This document shows positions 34,933 to 39,364 of a stretch of DNA of 39,364 nt, one piece after another. The DNA comes from a virus. Lineage: Duplodnaviria > Caudoviricetes. Positions within the stretch are counted from its first letter, which is position 1; each line of letters starts with the position of its first letter. The notes below the pieces were generated by a model. That model was not told the DNA's origin. It saw only the letters and a list, made by a program, of their open reading frames with translations, and searched no databases. Position numbers and translations under genes: made by a program. The stretch is from the IMG/VR virus record IMGVR_UViG_3300008255_000057, positions 1 through 39,364 of that record. One strand, given 5' to 3'.

Positions 34933-34960
34933 CATTATACGTTAGAACATAACCAACGCA

Positions 34961-35962
34961 TTAAGCATGAGTTGACACGGCCAACCCGCAACGATCATCA
35001 GCATCAAATTTGATTTCGAGTGCGGCCGCCGCCATCGTGACAAAGTTATAATCATCTTCGGGGTTCGCGCGGAATTGTGCCCGCGTGGTCATCGGCATAC
35101 CGTTCAAGACTTGAACAACACGCCGATTTTTGACAACCGCGATGATTTGGCTTGCCGTCACGTCGGACGCCGGGACAACGCTTGCAATATCGCCGGTTTC
35201 CAAAATGCGTTGTGCAATCGTCTTGTTAGGATACGCCGTCGAATAGTCGGTGCGCTGTGCATATTTCCAATCACCCCAATTCACGTACAACGTAACGGGA
35301 ACGCGGTAATTGTTGGCATGCACCAAATCAATCGTTGCATTAACATCAGCCATCCATTGCGCGCCGGTAGCACCGTTCAAGGTGTTTGTAGTTGCGCGGG
35401 TTTCACGCTTCGGATGATTGCGAAGCCCATACAATGCTTGACCGTTCACCACGATTTGTGAATCACCGTCAAGCACAATGCTTTCGAGTTTCTTCGAAAC
35501 GTGATAACCGGCATTCATCCGGCCGGCACCATCCAAACTGAATCCTTCGGTTTGAGCCGCCGCAACTTGACGCCATCCATAACTAAAGGTGCTATCAATG
35601 ATTGGCAACGGAGTACCGTGATAAGCATAAACCTGTTGATCGGTGCGCGCTTTGCTTCGGCCATCCAGCGAAACGTTAGCTTCGCCGCTATCACTGATAG
35701 TTTGGAAATAATGAACCAATTTTCCAATCGGCATCGGTTGCGAGACCGATGCCGAAAGATCATTGAACACGCTTAAAACTTCTCGTTGAATTTCAATTCC
35801 CTCACGATCCCACACGCCCCAAACATCCTTGGGAATTGGCGCGGCGTTGCCAATCATCATCGCCGTCGATCCCATCAAGTTCGCGAGTTTAGTTTGACGT
35901 TCATTAAATTCGCGACGGTTTGCGAGAATGAATGCCTGTTGTTCTTTGGTGAATAGCAACAT
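34961..35962 (-). CDS. Major capsid protein (HK97 fold)
   Basis: 333 aa after protease and decoration genes; PLPII...F..GWR, YGLRNHP; followed by a terminator. Confidence 0.88.
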   Translation of the reverse strand: MLLFTKEQQAFILANRREFNERQTKLANLMGSTAMMIGNAAPIPKDVWGVWDREGIEIQREVLSVFNDLSASVSQPMPIGKLVHYFQTISDSGEANVSLDGRSKARTDQQVYAYHGTPLPIIDSTFSYGWRQVAAAQTEGFSLDGAGRMNAGYHVSKKLESIVLDGDSQIVVNGQALYGLRNHPKRETRATTNTLNGATGAQWMADVNATIDLVHANNYRVPVTLYVNWGDWKYAQRTDYSTAYPNKTIAQRILETGDIASVVPASDVTASQIIAVVKNRRVVQVLNGMPMTTRAQFRANPEDDYNFVTMAAAALEIKFDADDRCGLAVSTHA

Positions 35963-35993
35963 GATTTATGATTCCTTTCGTTGACTATTCAAA

Positions 35994-36443
35994 TTAAACC
36001 GGTTCGGTGCGAGTTGGTGACGCAATAACCACGTCAGCCAAATCACCCGCGCTGTATGCTCCAGCGGTATCACTGAAATAGGCATACACCACATCGCCCG
36101 TTACAATCGTGTTAGTGAGATAACCATTAGCGGTCAGAGTCAACGGTTCACCCTTGGCATAAGTCGCCGCCGCAAGACGAACTTGATAGACTTCGCCGGG
36201 TAAGGGTTCATAGGCAACGCCGGTATCACCGGAGTCATAAGCCGTTGCAACGTCTTGTTCCATAAATCGACGGTTGGACAAAACATAAACTTTTTTACCC
36301 ATGTCCGCCGCAACGGCAACGGTCAAAACCGTGCCGCTATCAGTGACAAGAATACCCGAGAGATATGCACCGGCAACCGTTCGATTGGCGATGGTTTGCG
36401 GTTCCTTTGCGATAGGTCCGCGATAAATGACGTTTGAGGCCAT
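35994..36443 (-). CDS. Capsid decoration/cement protein
   Basis: 149 aa between protease and capsid; beta-clip-like pattern G.LV...YDSGDT...G..L.....G.L. Confidence 0.7.
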   Translation of the reverse strand: MASNVIYRGPIAKEPQTIANRTVAGAYLSGILVTDSGTVLTVAVAADMGKKVYVLSNRRFMEQDVATAYDSGDTGVAYEPLPGEVYQVRLAAATYAKGEPLTLTANGYLTNTIVTGDVVYAYFSDTAGAYSAGDLADVVIASPTRTEPV

Positions 36444-36445
36444 GA

Positions 36446-37579
36446 TTATTTTTTCTCCGTCAATGCGGCGTTCAAATCAACGCCTTCAAATTCGTCTTTA
36501 CCGGACGAATTGGGAACGAACGCGGGATTGATCCCAGCGGCTCTACCGGGTTCAGCTTTCTTCGCCAACGCACGCGCCGCGTTCAATGTCAGTTCCTTCG
36601 CCGCCGATTCATCAAGCAAATTCGCCTTCACGATCTTCGCTTGAATGTCCGACAATTCGGCCTTGTCTTTAGCGTCTTGATTCGCCTTCAACTCGGCTTG
36701 GGCATCGGTCAACGGTTTGATTGCCGTTGCAATCCCATTGGCGATTTGTTCGGGAATTTTCGCCATCCCTTCCGACAAGGTTTTGACCTCAGCGGAAAGT
36801 TTATCAAACTGTTCTCTGTCCATTTCGCTTTCCTTGTTGTTGAAACTCAACTTTCCGCCACCGTTGATGCCTAACGCTTCCACGATTGCAGCTACAACAC
36901 GCTCGACAATTGAGGCTCGCCCCAACTTTTCGACCGCTTGAACGGCCATATCAGCCGCCCAATCAAGATCGCTCATGGCGCTATCACTGACAGCACTATT
37001 CACAACCTCAACTTTTTCGCCCGATGAATTGACGAACATTCCAACACCCTGTTCGGGTGTTGCCGCGCCTTTTTCATTTAGCAAGATTGCATCATGATCA
37101 AAGATAATATCCTTGGCGACAAATTTTGCGCCGCTGTTCTCGGGTGCTGAATCAAGATTAGCGATCAACCCCGTACTTGTATGAATCGGTTTTCCTTCAT
37201 TGATCGCCGCCATTAATCCGCGTCCCGCTTCGGTACGGTTGGCGACTTCAACATCAATAACTTTATCCAAAAATATACGGCCATTTTCACGCCGTACATT
37301 TTCATTCCATGCACCAACATGATTCATATTTATGGCTTCGGGATCACGAGCGGAAACAAAAATTCCGCTAATCATCGGATGACCAAGCGGCGCGGGTGCG
37401 CGATTGAGAGTTAGAAATGATTTTTCGATTGCTTCGGCGGGATACCGAATATCGTTCATAACAATATTATCCGGCATGGTAGCACTTGAAACAACGACAA
37501 CCTTTCGACCGTTGCGCGTTTCTTCGCGCGGTTTGCTTACCGCGTTCGTGCGAATATTGACGCGAACTTGTTTAGCCAT
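36446..37579 (-). CDS. Prohead protease / scaffold
   Basis: VMN...YP, PLGHP, IHTSTG, FDHDAILL.E.GA.TP.QGVG; coiled-coil C-terminus. Confidence 0.82.
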   Translation of the reverse strand: MAKQVRVNIRTNAVSKPREETRNGRKVVVVSSATMPDNIVMNDIRYPAEAIEKSFLTLNRAPAPLGHPMISGIFVSARDPEAINMNHVGAWNENVRRENGRIFLDKVIDVEVANRTEAGRGLMAAINEGKPIHTSTGLIANLDSAPENSGAKFVAKDIIFDHDAILLNEKGAATPEQGVGMFVNSSGEKVEVVNSAVSDSAMSDLDWAADMAVQAVEKLGRASIVERVVAAIVEALGINGGGKLSFNNKESEMDREQFDKLSAEVKTLSEGMAKIPEQIANGIATAIKPLTDAQAELKANQDAKDKAELSDIQAKIVKANLLDESAAKELTLNAARALAKKAEPGRAAGINPAFVPNSSGKDEFEGVDLNAALTEKK

Positions 37580-38891
37580 TTGTTGCCCCAATCTGTTCAC
37601 GCGGGTCCATGTTCAATTCCGCGCGAATTTCATCAACACTGAAAGCCGGCTCACCATCACCCATCGCACCAAGCATTGTATTATTAATCGTTGCCATGCC
37701 CTGCGCGCGTGTCATTTTATCGCTTGGTGATGAATCTAATAAACTATCCCAATGAATGATCCAGTCTTTCTGAGCGATAATACCCCATTTTTCGAAACGA
37801 TTCAATAAATCACGTAACATAGGAATAACCACACGTTCTCGGCGGCTCATGCAGGTTTTATTGAAATCAATTTGATCTTCGGTACTAGCCCGTTCGCCCG
37901 TTTGATTACCAATAAGAACACGTACCGGTATTGATACCGATGCGGCGAACATATTAGCGGCAATCATGAAAAATTCGTTCGGTTGTGGAAGTGTAACAGC
38001 CAACGCTTCGGCCTTCATGCCTTGAAGCATCAACAATTTGTCGAAACCTTGTTGCCAATCTGAAACGCGTTCGGACATTGCATCTTTAATCAAGTCAGGC
38101 GTCACACCAAGAGATTGTGCCATCGTTTGAACGTCAAATTTATCTTCAACCGATATGACGGGTGCGGATTTTGCATTTTTCCAAAAACCTTCACCGCCCG
38201 CGCCAACAATTTTTTCAACATCAATTAAACTGTTGTAACCGGCATGAAGATTTGATCGTGCGTAAATGGTGCCATCAGCGGACCACAACAAAACACGATC
38301 CGGGTGAACGTTAAATTGACGCATCTTTTGATTTGTACTGTTCGCACCTGTGTTTGTATCCCTCAATGCACTTTCATTAAATTGGAACATCAATGGACGG
38401 CCATAATTTTCGGATTGTTCGTTGTCATCCCATTGTGTCACGGTCAATTGTGATGCCCATGCCGGAACAATTTCAACAATCCCGTCAACGCCACCATTCA
38501 CGCGGTCAACAGGTTCGCTAAAATTTTTATTATCGGCCAAGCGTAAAATTGCGCCGGAATATCCGCCAACAAATGCGCGCAAATCAGTTTCGATCAACGC
38601 GGACCAACCACGAATATCTTCAAAACGTTTCCGCAGATCAGATTCGTAACCGCTTTCAACCGGTTTGTTACTTTCCCAAAATTCTGGAAGTGTTTGCCAC
38701 GTCCGCAAACTCAATCGATCCGCCGCCGCCGCCGCTAATCCATTGCGCGTGTAGACACGATAAAGAAAATCGAATGTGATGTTATCCGGCCAACCATAAT
38801 CTTTTGCGTAGTCATGTTTTGTATTTCCATTGAAAAATTCTGGAAACAAAGTTGAAAGGCGACGTTGAGCCGCATTTATAATTGCATTCAT
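37572..38891 (-). CDS. Portal protein (DUF1073-like)
   Basis: YGWP....F..LY..Y.RNG.A, VHPDRV, EK..G..GEGF.KNA, IPVRVL.G.QTGERASTED. Confidence 0.88.
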   Translation of the reverse strand: MNAIINAAQRRLSTLFPEFFNGNTKHDYAKDYGWPDNITFDFLYRVYTRNGLAAAAADRLSLRTWQTLPEFWESNKPVESGYESDLRKRFEDIRGWSALIETDLRAFVGGYSGAILRLADNKNFSEPVDRVNGGVDGIVEIVPAWASQLTVTQWDDNEQSENYGRPLMFQFNESALRDTNTGANSTNQKMRQFNVHPDRVLLWSADGTIYARSNLHAGYNSLIDVEKIVGAGGEGFWKNAKSAPVISVEDKFDVQTMAQSLGVTPDLIKDAMSERVSDWQQGFDKLLMLQGMKAEALAVTLPQPNEFFMIAANMFAASVSIPVRVLIGNQTGERASTEDQIDFNKTCMSRRERVVIPMLRDLLNRFEKWGIIAQKDWIIHWDSLLDSSPSDKMTRAQGMATINNTMLGAMGDGEPAFSVDEIRAELNMDPREQIGATNG

Positions 38892-38892
38892 T

Positions 38893-39186
38893 TTAAGTGC
38901 TTCCAAACGGGTCCGCGCGAATACGCAAAATCACTTCATCAAATAATTCTTGTCCAAGACTTGTAACAACACCAAATTTAATTACGCTATCATCGGCATC
39001 GTCACCGCCTTCCACCAAACATGCAACACCACGATCATCTTCGGTTGCACCAACATCGCTAATTGTTAGATCGCTACTTGTGGCGGTTCGACTAGATATT
39101 GTTTCGGTTTCCGCCATGCGATCCGAAAACGACCATTCCGCAATGACAATTTCATCAGGGCGTTTTTTATGTTTATAGGTTTGCAT
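38893..39186 (-). CDS. Small fibre adaptor-like protein
   Basis: K.PDE......F...A..ETIS...L.I...V...V.GG...VVTS.G pattern of small phage fibre-attachment adaptors. Confidence 0.55.
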   Translation of the reverse strand: MQTYKHKKRPDEIVIAEWSFSDRMAETETISSRTATSSDLTISDVGATEDDRGVACLVEGGDDADDSVIKFGVVTSLGQELFDEVILRIRADPFGST

Positions 39187-39364
39187 TCACTGATTCCACC
39201 CTGTTGAACCGTCGCCGCCCCGCACCTAAGAACCGACCTTGAGAACTTTGATCGGTGAATGTGCGACGCCCCGCACCAAACATTACCCTTAAATTCGGAT
39301 AAATTAAAGCTACTTCATTTGATACAACGGTATCGTCATCGTCGGTGATTGCCGCCGTGCCGTC
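39173..39364 (-). CDS. 3' part of the junction-spanning LamG/repeat protein
   Basis: ...DDDDTVVSNEVALIYPNLRVMFGAGRRTF...RFNRVESVNANL*, in frame with 1..855. Confidence 0.75.
   Translation of the reverse strand, partial: DGTAAITDDDDTVVSNEVALIYPNLRVMFGAGRRTFTDQSSQGRFLGAGRRRFNRVESVNANL
39332..39364. repeat. 33-bp terminal overlap with bases 1-33 (assembly circularisation)
   Basis: Exact match of the last 33 nt to the first 33 nt. Confidence 0.95.

Noticed and set aside
37572-38891. Anti-CBASS Acb1 label sometimes attached to this portal family
   Set aside because: Size, position and motifs fit a portal, and I see no appended 2H-phosphoesterase domain.

Overview
The window is an apparently complete, circularly permuted ~39.3 kb siphovirus (long non-contractile tail) genome. 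Bases 39332-39364 repeat bases 1-33, and one ORF reads in frame across the junction. I found no integrase, partition genes, tRNA, CRISPR or reverse transcriptase, so it is probably lytic. The host is probably a proteobacterium, possibly alphaproteobacterial (inference only). The minus-strand late operon runs terS, a frameshifted Zn-finger gene, terL, a five-gene putative fibre module with a 63-bp tandem repeat, portal, protease/scaffold, decoration protein, major capsid, neck, tail tube, frameshifted tail chaperones, tape measure, tail tip/fibre genes, holin, SAR endolysin and spanins. The replication module has an AEP (NrS-1-like) primase-polymerase/helicase, VRR-NUC nuclease, SF2 helicase, HD hydrolase, Cas4-like exonuclease, SSB and family B DNA polymerase. 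Most notable: (1) a stand-alone, diverged paralogue of the primase C-terminal domain sits just beyond a 22-bp inverted-repeat origin-like element; (2) a repeat-containing putative fibre module lies between terL and portal; (3) an exact 31-bp sequence is shared by an early gene and the tape measure gene in opposite coding orientations; (4) four promoters share one palindromic operator; (5) many accessory genes, and apparently the tail fibre, carry single in-frame stops or frameshifts. Family assignments come from motif recognition by eye, not database searches.
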